Assembly: GCA_973895155.1 (NCBI GenBank)
Contig: OZ316892.1
Coordinates: 24,561,971-24,625,970 of the forward strand
Source: Marsupella aquatica
Taxonomy: Eukaryota > Plantae > Marchantiophyta
DNA length: 64,000 nt
Reading direction: 5' to 3'
Shown here: piece by piece, positions 25,804-37,381 of the stretch
How positions within the stretch are numbered: position 1 is the first letter of the stretch
Layout: every line of letters starts with the position of its first letter
Program-made: the position numbers and the translations under genes
The notes under the pieces: generated by a model
Told to the model about the DNA's origin: nothing
The model's input: the letters and a program-made list of their open reading frames with translations, nothing else
Databases searched by the model: none

Positions 25804-28800
25804 ATGACTGAATGTAAAGCTCTCCGAAAAATGTCTGAATCGAAGAAACGAGCTCGCCAGCCGAAGGCAATTCTCAAGGAAGCCCGGTCTCTCCTCTCAT
25901 CGGTGACTCTCAAAGAACCCACCAAATCACATGGTTCCTCATTTGAGAAAGAGTCTACTGAGGAGAGCTCTGGTGGACCTCGAGAACAGGAGACCACTAC
26001 CAACAGAGGCAGGAGCCTTTTGCTCCAGTGTGTGAGCTTGGTGGAAGAATTTCACCGGCTCTCCTTAACGGACTTCCAGTTCGAGTTCAAGGACTGGACG
26101 GTGGTGAAGGCCGTGGTTGAACTTCTGGTCAGATGTGGCATCTATCCCTACCTCAGCCCTGGAGTGGGCATACCCCTGCAGAAGAGATTCGGTGAGAAGG
26201 CAGTTGCAGCCGCAGCGGCGGCCATGTCTGATAACCTCTTTCAGGGTGAGAGACTGACCTTCGCAAGTTCTCATGCATCTCATGTCTAGATTATGAATTT
26301 CTAGGTACGGTGGAGCAAAGAAATCACTCTTTCAGTTGTGAGGATTTTGTAAACCCCAATGGATCTCTTGGCGAGAGAGCTAAGCTCCCGTGAATCTCAA
26401 GTCTAGATTATGAATTTTTTAATGATATGGACTACGAAATCAATTTCTCATCGCTTTTGAAGAATCGAATATTGGTGTCCGAATCATAACGTCGTAATGA
26501 AATGTTTTGAAGAAGATTTAAATCCAGATTAGTAAAATTCAGGACATGTCGACCGAGAAAGTACCCACACATCTAAGATATATTTAATTGTGGACAATCA
26601 GGTGAATAGGATTTCTGTAGATGAATTGACCGCGAGGACTGCATCTTGAAATGGGGTTTAGGGTTTAGGAAACCATAAACGTTACCAGTTTCTAAAATCA
26701 GAATTTTCCGAAGCATCTGGTTTTGTAATGTCATCTAGTTAAAAATCTCATATTCTAATGCTGGTTCTTGACATGGTACGCCACACTACGTCAACCTTTG
26801 GCCAAGTAGATGCTTCCGCTTCCGAAGCCTGTGGATCTCTGAGTTCGGACAGCACTGATGGAGCTTTTGAAATGCACCCGCTGGTCGTGTCAGCTGAACT
26901 GCTTTCGTCAATTCTACTTGAGATTCCTGCCAAGGAAAATGATGGGAACAGCTCAGGGCTTACAGGTAATCAACATGATTCTGAAGTTAAGAAAGAAGAG
27001 ACAATTCATGGATCGAGAAGTACAGAAGAAGAAGATGAACCAGGTTTCTCCTCACCAGCCATGGCTTTGCATCAGCTCGTTTTATCACACCACCTTGTTG
27101 ATGTACTTGGCGCTCTCTTGCAAGCTGCATATGGTGCATCGCTCACAGGCAATTCGCTGCAGGCATCAGAAGTTTGGAAGAAAAGCGCCGCAGAGAACGT
27201 CAAGTTATTGGTAGAGAGGTTACCTGCTGCTCATCTCGTGGAAGCTCTGTTTATTCTGCTTGGGGAGGCAGAGGGCCTGAAGCCGCCGTTGTGGTTGAAA
27301 CCTGAGGTTGGAAAGTTGCTGTCTCTGGCTGTCATGCATGACGGAGGGGTCGCTGCAGTTATGGAGAGGCTTGTGGGAAGCGCGGAAAAGGCAAGTGTTC
27401 TTCACTAAAAGCACTGTTAATCTTCTTACAACTGTGTGGAGTTGACTTGTGCTCCTTTATTGCAGTTTCTAACTCAAGTTAGAGTCACCTAGCTTGGTCA
27501 GTGTCATGACTTTGGTGCCTCTTCTTGAGAAGAGTGCCATGCTACTTCAGGCGGGCCAAAATACTTCTTTACTCTTCCCGTACAGTCAGATCAACCAGGA
27601 ATACAGCAGAATTTCAGCAATCCTTCATAATGCATGTGTCAGATAGACATTCGCTTCAGCTTAATCCAATTATCCTGGTATATTTCCTTGTCTACACAGG
27701 CTGTTACGATAAACATGAAGATTTTGCGATGGCATCCACATCCATATAGGAGTGTAGAAATGACTGTATGATTGTTGTTGATGGGGTTCTGAGATAGTGA
27801 AAACTCTGGCTGCTTTTCAGGGAAGTGTGCATGTTTATGAGAGAGTTGCAACCCAACTGGCCAGGTATCCGAGAACTGTTGCATCAAAAGATATGTATTA
27901 CAAAAGAGTCTGCATGCAGTTGCAGCCTTTACTGGTTCTTCCACAGTCGCATTCCAAATTTGGCTCTAGTAGTGACATTGCTTCACGACTGGTTAGTAAT
28001 ATGTATCATACATCCATTCTACTGGCATGTTTTCTGGCACACCAAGATCCAGAGCTAGTGGAGGGATACTTAACTCGACCAATTGTGGAGCCTCTTCTCA
28101 GTTCGGGTGTCTTTCAGCCTCAAAGTGACGCGTTGGAGAACAGAGCGACAGCTATCTCAGAAACAGTGTTAGTGGATAGCCTGCTGAAAGTGCAAGCTTT
28201 AATCACAGCAGGCCATAAAGGTTCCGTCCATCTGCGACAGCAGCTTCTCTTACATACGTTTCCAATAGCTCCAGAATTGATGCTGCTGAACTATCTTCTA
28301 TGGCCGTCACATGCAATACCTGATGGTCAAGAGCTTGAAGGTGAGGACAAAGGAGTCTCAAACGCTCAGGTAAAAACTCACGGAGGTCAAAATGGAGGGA
28401 CACGAAAGGAGGAGAAAGGCGGTCTACAGAAAGGATTTCCGCGAGGGTTTCTAATCAACAAGAATATTTCTACGTCCTCGAGTGCCAGAGGAGATTTTGG
28501 TGGACGTGTTGGCCAATTTGTGAGCGCTGTCTCGGACATTGTGTATGCTCATCTGTCACAAGATACAAATGTGGCGCTTCCTATTGTCAGTGCTTTCCTC
28601 TTTACCCTGGATACTTCTTTCTTGGAGTGGCCAACTGCAGAAGGAGAAATTTCAGATGCCTTGAAGGCTGGTAGAGAACAGCCCGACTCTTCAGTTGTGT
28701 AAGTTACTTCTCGAATAAGCACACTGTCAAATGTCATATATATCGCATAATTAAACACATTCTTAATATGGTGAATAGCTCAGTTGCTAGCGTGAAGGTA

Positions 28801-29545
28801 CTTTGGGGGTGTTGGTCTTCACAAGAACCATGGAAGTATCAGCTCATTATCGTGAGCTGCTGTGGCAGTTTCTTAGCAAAGTTGCTTTTACGGAGCGAGA
28901 GCTGGGAGTTGGCCCTTGCCCTGTTGGGTGCAATGTTGAAGAACGTCTTGAAATTAAGACGAAAAGCTCAGCGAAGATCAAAAACATTGGACTTCAGCAA
29001 ATCTGGTGCAGACATTGTCACGCCTGAGACTGTTTTGCAATCTTTGCAAACTCTGGACACCCTATATGGGGAGGTCGGTCTGAAGGCTGTGGAGCAGGAT
29101 GCATCTGGAGCATTGCCCTTGCTGGAGGTATTAATTTCTCATTGTTATACCTGAATTTACATCTCTGCTCCATTCCTCCCGTCGAGTTTTGAAGCGATTA
29201 GGGGAGTCATTTTTCTGCGAGAGTTTTGGTACGATGGGTTGAACCTAACCTGTTCACTCAACCCTCAATCTGCAGGCCTTGGTAGAAGACGATGACCTTC
29301 TGTCAGACATGGAAATGCTGGATCTGGTGTTGCCACTTGTGCACGGTGCAGTAAGCCGGTTACGAGGAGACTTCCATACTAACGCTGAGAGAATTCAAGG
29401 ATTAAAGGAAAATCAGAAAGACGTATTCCTGAGAAGAATGGAAATTTCCCTGGAAAGGGTACAACAGTCTGGTGGAGTATCAGCAAAGCAAAAGCAATAT
29501 GCTGGTGATATAAGATGCATGATTTGCGAAATGATGGTGTATTAG
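25804..29545 (+). CDS. TANGO6: TANGO6/Rtp1-like alpha-solenoid protein, 5 exons
   Basis: GIYPYLSPGVGIPLQKR, HLVDVLGALLQ, PPLWLKPEVGKLLS...GGVAAV and YYKRVCMQLQPLL resemble TANGO6 N-terminal motifs. Exons are ~25804-26245, 26810-27390, 27821-28698, 28791-29127 and 29276-29545. Intron 2 is GC-AG. Confidence 0.75.
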
Positions 29546-30761
29546 GAACGGAAGTGCCAATTGGGTCTGAAGGAGGCTTTTCTATTTCAACATTCTCAAC
29601 TATTTCATTTGAAAATAGTGCTTTTTGTTCAGCTACACTCAGTGACTAGAAGATTGTGCACATGAAAGTCGGTCACAAAATCTACACATTTCTTGATACC
29701 AGGAAGAGAAACCACAGAACGGCCTGTATAGTACAGCAAGCCACCGTAGTTTGTGTAGCATGGCAAGCACATCTAGTGACCCGGGAAAAGTTGATGTACC
29801 CTTTATTAGTGATATATAGTAAAACAAAGATACGCTGGAACAGTTAGATTTGTGTGACCTCGAAAAGATCTTGGTTCGATTGGCACTTCAATGTCTTCCT
29901 TTGCCTACTCGTTCAAATTAGTAACCAGAGCGACTAGAACGGACAAATTAGGGGAAAGGATGGCATGTAATGTCTATTGTTTTTAACCTTCAGGGTCAGA
30001 TTCCAGTCGTACTGAAATACTCCCAGGCCGTCAAGAAAGGGGTTTCAATACTGTAGAGATTACCTCTTAATGAATATTTCCGTAGAAGATTACCTACAAC
30101 GACTCGGGAAAGCCAAACAATGTCGTTACTCTTGAGGTCTCTCCTTCACAATTGTTATGCTTTGAAGATCTCATTGGTATGATCTGTCCGCAAACTCTTT
30201 GCCTGGGCTTGACTTGTACGAGTCCAGAAAGTCTGAAGGGAGTTATGACCACGATTTAAATACTCGTATGACTGGATTTTGTTATCATGATTGAGATAAT
30301 TTATCTGCACCTATTCCTTTTAAAACGGAATATTAATGATCAACAAAAACGCAACTTTAATTCAGTTTGAAAAGTCTGTTCCGGATATGAACCCGTCAAA
30401 CGCTTTCATGATCGGCTCTGCTCTGAGAACCTTTATTTAAAAGTTTTCAAAGGAGTCTTCGACAATTTTTAAGGACTTTCAGCTTTTGCCAATTCAAAAC
30501 AATTTATTCATTAACACTCTCTGCGTGAGCTGGCCAACATTTTCGTGACTCAGCCCTGCTGAGAGGACCATTGTTCCTCTTCATTCGAAGACCAGTCTTC
30601 CCACTTTTTGGAAAACTTCACTCTAATGTACAAGTTTGAAACCATATCGCAATTCACTATAATACAAGTTTTCACAGCTCCTTCCGACTTCCCAATTCAG
30701 CCATCAAATTGAGACCCTACCCTACCCTACTTACTATCTCTTGGTTTAGACAAAAGAGTTA

Positions 30762-33054
30762 TCAAGCCAGTGGCATGTCAATCAGCAGAAAATGAGCACC
30801 CTGCTTATCATCTGCTTTCAGTTCCAATTCTAATTCAGAGTCTTTGACTCCTTTTATCTGCACAAATTGCAAAAAATAACGTAAGCTTAATGATACCTCG
30901 ATGCAGTTGACTAACCAAAATATGAGCGGAAATGCTTATTAGATGCTGAATGTTAAACTGCCACAGTCTAAGCCCGTCATGTCTGAGAAGGGGAAACAAC
31001 GCACCTCAATAGCGTCACGAGCACCAAGTTGAGTGCCGTTTACGGACAGAGAGCCTTCTATGTTGACTAGATATCCCTGTCTCTTCTTTTGCAGTGTGAA
31101 CGTTTGCGAGAAGCCTGGGTCTGCCTCAGAGACAAAGAAATTCGAATCTTGGTGGATGGGAATTACTCCAGAGTGTGCGTCCTCATTACTCTCAAATCTC
31201 GCAAAGTCCGTCACCAAATGCTGAAGCTTGTTGTGTCGGTCCTCCTTGCTGTATTTAAAACCACGCACATGCAACGTTAGAGAGTAGTTTCACAGGAGAG
31301 TACGATAGTGCCGGTGCCAGAATCACCACCAGTCCCTAAGCAACAAGTACATGATGAACAAGGGATGTTCAGTAAAAGTCACCTCCAAACACGTGAGCCA
31401 TAATTTGGTGTAAGCCCTGTTGCTTTAGGACGGATCCATATTTGCAGAAAGTGCAGCCTGCATTGCACAACAGACGACTTATTAGACGAATTTTTGATAG
31501 AAAGTACTGCAAAGATCATGACGACGGCAGGTAAATAAGAGATTTCATGGCGGGGTCTGCAGAAAGACGGTCTTAGAAACTCATCCTGGCTTTTCCTCTG
31601 TGAAGTCTAAATGTGAGTGTCTCAAGGGACAGAATAAAAGGAGAACGTGCAAGTAGACAAACGAAAGAGAGGAACAGAGATAAATGAGCGGAATTGAAAA
31701 TGCATCTAGAGGGGGTGGGGGGATTGGGTTTGCATACATTTCGTCGTGGTTGTTCATTTCAGAGTGAGTAACACCAGTCCCGGCGCTCATGTACTGCACG
31801 GCACCTCGGCCCAAAGACTCTGCTGTGCCCATGCTGTCTTTGTGGGTAAGCTTCCCATCTATGACGTACGTGACGATCTCCATGTCCCTGTGTGGATGTG
31901 TCCCGAATCCAGAGCGCGGCTGTAGACCAAACCATCATGAGCACATGTCAGCGTCTGTAGTTGCAGGCCCTTCAAAATTTATATAACAGATTTCTCTCGC
32001 TTCCACTTTCTATTGCTCCAGTGCAGACCATTGTCACTTTCGCTCTATATGATTATATAATTATTCCTGTAACGTAGCTTCAACCATTCCTAAATGTGTT
32101 CCAATGATTCAGTTCTATCCGATCTTCCCCTGAAGTGTGTATCCGTGGAAGTGGATCGCAAATCCGCTTGTATATGTGGTCCCTCGAATTTTTACCTTGA
32201 CAAGATCATCGTTCAGCACTCGCAATACACCGAATTGCAGATTTTTGGGATTGTAGTAGTCGGCGAAACTGGTGCAACAAGTCAACATTTTTCATGTTAG
32301 TTTTGAAGCAAATTCTTCCAGTTTGACATACACGCAACTCGCAAACTTGAACGATCTTACAAGACTTCCAAAGCTATGATTACCTGAAGTGGAACCTGCT
32401 CTCTAGCCACCATGTTGGTGTCGACACATGCAAGCTTTTCTCGGGGATATGCCGTAAACTCCTGCATAAGGTGATCACCATTCATATGAGGACATATCAT
32501 CATACAGAGTATAAAAGATAGTTTCTGGACCCCAGTTTTCATCTCAACTCTGTGTCCGCACCAAATCCAACAGTCCATACGTTCCCGACCACCATCTGCT
32601 TCCAAAGCAATCACTCGAACCTCGTGATGTACCATAGAACTACCACTCAAAATCCCCAAAGCAACCCTCGACCCTCGTGATGTACTATAGAACTACGACA
32701 CAAATTCCGTTTTCTCGCAGGATGACACCTCCACTCTCACACTGGTAGATCCATCCATCAATTTGGGTCTGTGCACTTCTCAAAAAGTGATTCTGGACCA
32801 TGTGACGGAGATAGCAAATTAAAGGGAAAATTCACCAAATCAGCGAGGGATGAACGAAGAGAAGCTTACATTGTTGAAGTCTCCGAAGTCGACGAGCTGG
32901 ACCGCACGTGGAGGAGAGAGGGTGCTTTCGCCGCTGTGGTAGAAACTCGAGGAGACCCAAGCGAAAGCTTCCCAAACCCTGCAGAGGCAGCGGAACTCAA
33001 CCTCCACAACGAACTCCTCAACGCACCAGCAGCAGATTGCTGAAGAAGAAGCAT
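30762..33054 (-). CDS. Pirin-like bicupin (YhhW/quercetinase type) with N-terminal targeting peptide, 7 exons
   Basis: Spliced product: MLLLQQSAAG...TM-SLRHIP...WWLESRFHFS-FADYYNPKNLQFGVLRVLNDDLVK-PRSGFGTHPHRDMEIVTY...MSAGTGVTHSEMN-LHFLQIWI...YGSRVW-SKEDRHNKL...GARDAIE-...GAHFLLIDMPLA*. Metal ligands HPH and HSE are present. Confidence 0.92.
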
Positions 33055-33799
33055 GGACTGTCCTCTGCGATGATCTAGCCGGACAGATTCCTTTCCAGAA
33101 GAAAAAAAATTCTCCTTCAACTGTCGAACTTCCTTCTCACGAGCACACAATTTCGGTGTCTAGCAATTGGCGTCTGATTCCTGCAATTGATCGATCGATG
33201 TCTATGAACTACTGTCAAGAGATCGAACGAAACGCAATCGAGCTGCTGTTATTTTTCTTCGTCGACTGTCGATTGAAATGTCGAGTATCGGTTCTTCTTA
33301 TACTTTCCTGAAGGCCCGAATTTCCCGATTATTTTGATTTATTATATTCAGATCTAACGGCCTCTATGGCGAGTTCGTCTCCAAGGGGAGATTTTGGCCG
33401 TAGATATAGATATATCGGAATTTGAAGAAGGTTCGGAACTTTCGGAATTGGGAGTTTCGGGAAGGACGACGAGCTCTGAAGTGTCCTTCGCGAACGCGGT
33501 ACTGTACCCCATGCGAAGGACCCCAACCTTTGATCCGACGATAACGAGTGTTCAAGGATATCGAGGAGGGGCTCCTGAGCCGTAGATGGAGGAGGCAGGG
33601 ACTCCTGGATGGCGGAACCGTCGCGCGAACAATGCGAAGTCAGGCGGGGGCCGACGTTCGTCAGCACCTTCATAATCGTGCCTTGCGTCATCGCCGTCGT
33701 CATTCGTTTACCTGCCGCAGTCAACGGTGCTGTCAATTAGATATTGACAATATCCATGGACATCAATAATACTTTAGGACTAGCTGCCATTGCTACTTT

Positions 33800-35700
33800 G
33801 TCCTACTTGGTAGAGTGCACCATGTATAAGTGCATTCAGGTGGACGTGTAGTCCCTCAATAATAGAGCAAATGTTTTTGTAAATGCACCAAAAAATGCAC
33901 TGTCTGTAAGTGCAGGTAGCTAGTCACTAAATAACAAAATACATACATAAGGGCATTTTCAGCCTATAAGAGTGCGATTGCATTAATCAATGACTCCAAC
34001 ACATATGTTAGAAACATTTATTGATAAGTGCAGCTGACAACTACACATTGTAGTTGAATGCGCTTATCTAGTAAAATTGTGCACTACAAGGATTCTGGGT
34101 ATGAGAAATAGATGCGTATGACCTGACAAGTCATTTGTGGAAGTGCATAAGTGATTTCATAGGCACTTATCAGAAAGTGCAACAGACACATATGGAGAGC
34201 TGCAACATGCACTTATGATGAAGCGCATAACTGCAGGCTTGGGGTGTCTTCCCGGGAGCCCGCACTTAGACACGATAGACTGTATTGTGAATAGCAATGG
34301 GCTACTTGGTAGGTTCTTTGTTTTTTGTTCACTTTTTGTGTTGGGGGACTCCTTGGCTTTTTGGGCCTCTTTGGTCTTCTTGGGGACTTTTCCTCTTCCC
34401 CCCTTTATTGGGTTATTTTGCTCTAGGGACCTTGTCTCCTGGTTTGACATTTTTGTCCTTTAGCACTATTAGATATATTGCCTGACTTAATGTTGAGCTA
34501 AGTACAAGAAGGGAACTACACTTGCTCTGTAGCAAATGCTGCGTCCAGCATTTTTCTCCTTTGGCACTACAATATATATTGCCCGACCTAACATTGAGAT
34601 AAGTACAAGAACTGAATTATACTTGCTCTGCAGCAGATGTTGTGCCTGGTAGCCTAATAGAGTCAGGCGTGACAAGCACAGGGTTCAGATCCATGTGCCC
34701 ATTGATTTTTTTGGTAACAAACCCCACTCAAAAGTCGGGTTCAATCACTCAAAAAATTTTACACTTGGAAAAGAAATGCAGTCATTGCTTCCTTGCAGGC
34801 AGCAGATGAAGTGGCCACGGGCAGGAAGTGTGTGAGCCCCATTAATGAGCCTCACAATAAATTGTCATCGGGCTGATTTCAATCACTGTGTAGTGAACTG
34901 TGTATAAGTTAGTGCAATGTGAATATGTGCATTCTTTGGATTAGTGGAGGTCACCCATGTAGTCCCCTAATACTACTAGGATTTTCTTTGTAAATACACA
35001 AAAAATGCGCTTAGGTTGACCCTGACTAAATGACAAAATTTTGATATTAAGCAGAAACCCGATAAGTGCATTTCAGTCTATAAGCGTGCACATGCATTTA
35101 ACAGTTAGTGCAATGCATACATAAAGAAAAATGATTAATAAGTAGTTCATGCACTAATCCAGTTGCAATATGCAATATGAGGGCTTGGGGTATGAGGAGT
35201 TTGTTAGAAATTGAGTCCAATTTCCCTATTTAGTTTGTTTGGCCTTACTAGGGTTAATCAACCCTTGGTTAGATTAGGATAAGATGATCCAATTTACTTA
35301 GGCCCACACATCTTGGCAACCCCTTGGGTGTATAGCTTGGAGGGAGAGAATTATCTCCCTCATTCTTTATATGTACTTTCTCATGAGCTATGGACTCTTC
35401 AGGAGTTTCTCTACTTGTGATGCCTTGTTGTAGCGTCTGATTGAGTGTGCTTTGACTCATGTTCTGCATTTGTTGTCTAGTCTAAGCTGACAGTTTCTTA
35501 CAAAGTCCAATTGACGTGACCCTACAACGCAATAGGGTAGTGCACAAGTGATTTTCCATGCACTTATTGGATAATGTAGACCATGTAAATATGGAGAAAT
35601 GTATAAATGATGGTCCTGTGCACTTATAGCACAAAGTATTCGGTGTATGATTGCTGGCTGGTGGTGCCTTCCTGGGAGCCTCCAATTAGACATGGTTCAT
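33800..35700. repeat. Two degenerate direct copies of an AAGTGCA-rich repeat; the second is interrupted by a possible solo LTR (35202-35501)
   Basis: 33845-33990 resembles 34955-35100, and 34140-34285 resembles 35538-35700. The insert starts TGTTAG and ends CTTACA, with an imperfect TSD. Confidence 0.5.
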
Positions 35701-36077
35701 TGTGTCAAACTTGCATCTTACTTATTGTCAATGGTATCAACGTCAACTGCAACTTATCCTACCATCACTGAAGCCTGAAATACTAGAGTACCCTAATGCA
35801 ATAGTATATCCAAATTTTTGCAAAAGAAATCTATCTAGTACAATCATTCTCTATAAGTGAAAAATCTGGATAACTGCAAGGTCTCATGTTCTCGCCTTTG
35901 ATTTACCACTTTTTGGCACCTTTTGTAAGTGCAAAAAATTCTGAGATACTTTTGCTAACTACAACTTTATGAATGCAAAACCTATCATAAGTGTACATGT
36001 ACACTTATAGGTAACCACACAATCCCATCAAGTTGCAGTTAATGATAAGTGCATGCCCTTGCTTAGCAGGGTAAAAT

Positions 36078-37381
36078 TATCAACTTGATCCGCAGCACAC
36101 GACAAGTCGGAGTGCAAGAATTCCACAAGTTCTACGACACGCTGAGAGGAAACAATCCTCCTACTCAGATGACCCTTCACAACAACAAAGGATGGACTTG
36201 GGAATGGCAACAACGTCACCAAGGGTGGAAATATCCCAACAGGATATGGGCCTCACAAACTGTTGACCCAGATGGACGGACGCTTCAACTCAACAGGAGG
36301 TGGGGACAAATCGGAATGCAGACAAATTGGAAACAACTATGGAGTAAGTTGTGGGGCGGGTGGACTTTCCCTAAAGTCAGACTCTTTTTGTGGAGATTGA
36401 TCCAACAGGGGTTCTTCACGAATGGTAGGGCTAGCAGATGGGGCGTGTGCAACGGAACCTGTGAATGCTGCAACAGTGGGTATGAAAATACAGAGCACCT
36501 CTTTTACCTCTGCAACAAGGTGCACTCTAGATGGATTGAAATCCAGTCTCTCCTTCGCCACACTACTACATTGAAGTATCTGGGACAAAATCTCCTTGAC
36601 TCGATGGTGTCTGCGCTCAAAGTGCAAAAATGTAACCCAGGGCCGGTTGTCTTACTGACTGAACTGTGCAATACCATCTGGAACGAGCGCAATGCCCAGG
36701 TCTATGCCCATTTCCTTGGCCGACTCCCCAGTTGGGTGGTCTTGAAGAAAGCCAGTGACCACCTCAAAGGAATGTTGTCTGAATGTACTTCCACCAAGAA
36801 AGCAAGGAAGCTCCAGGTGTCTGTGGAGGAGCTTGATTTTGTCCTCCGCCCATGGGCCAACCTGGAGATCCCGTGTTCTATGACACAAAATGTTGACAAT
36901 GAATAGGAATTCCAACCCTTTGGATGATAGCGGCCTCCTGACCAGCAACGAACAATTCCACTCGCATTTACCTCCGATGGAGCAGAACAGTCATGACCCG
37001 AATTGGACTCCTAACTTGTGTAGTAGATACGAAACATGTGGTAGTCTTGAGACTTCTCCCTTGATTCTCAATTCTACCACCATTGATGGTACTAAGGTTG
37101 AACCTGCTGCTCCTAAGCATTTAGATTCCTTTCTTGTGTCAGATTTTTCCACCACTTGGATCCTTCTGAGTAGCAGAATTGTCATGACCGACTCGGTCGG
37201 GTGACTGTGGTTTCCGTGTTGTCTCCACCGTCTTCGGGCTGTTGTGTTGCCTCCTGCCCTTTTTTGGGTGTGGCCTGTCTTTGGTTTCCGGGCCTCTCCT
37301 GGCCTTTTGTTTTCTCTCTCGCGCGGGTGGTGCTGCCCCCGGCTTGTTTTATAAAATTACTACATTAAAAAAAAAAAAAAA
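36078..37381 (+). mobile_element. 5'-truncated L1-type LINE retrotransposon (ORF2 C-terminal zf-RVT region, 3' UTR, poly(A))
   Basis: ORF 36085-36906 contains PKVRLFLWR...CECC...ENTEHLFYLC...IWNERN. An A15 tail ends at 37381. The perfect 11-bp TSD CAGGGTAAAAT lies at 36067-36077 and 37382-37392. Confidence 0.93.

Noticed and set aside
26654-26669. Interstitial telomere (also 38223-38238 and 63873-63889)
   Set aside because: Only 2-3 imperfect TTTAGGG units, which are common telo-box-like motifs and not evidence of a chromosome fusion.
34640-34712. Second tRNA gene (A-box/B-box-like motifs, T-run)
   Set aside because: No cloverleaf can be folded. At most it is a SINE-head remnant.
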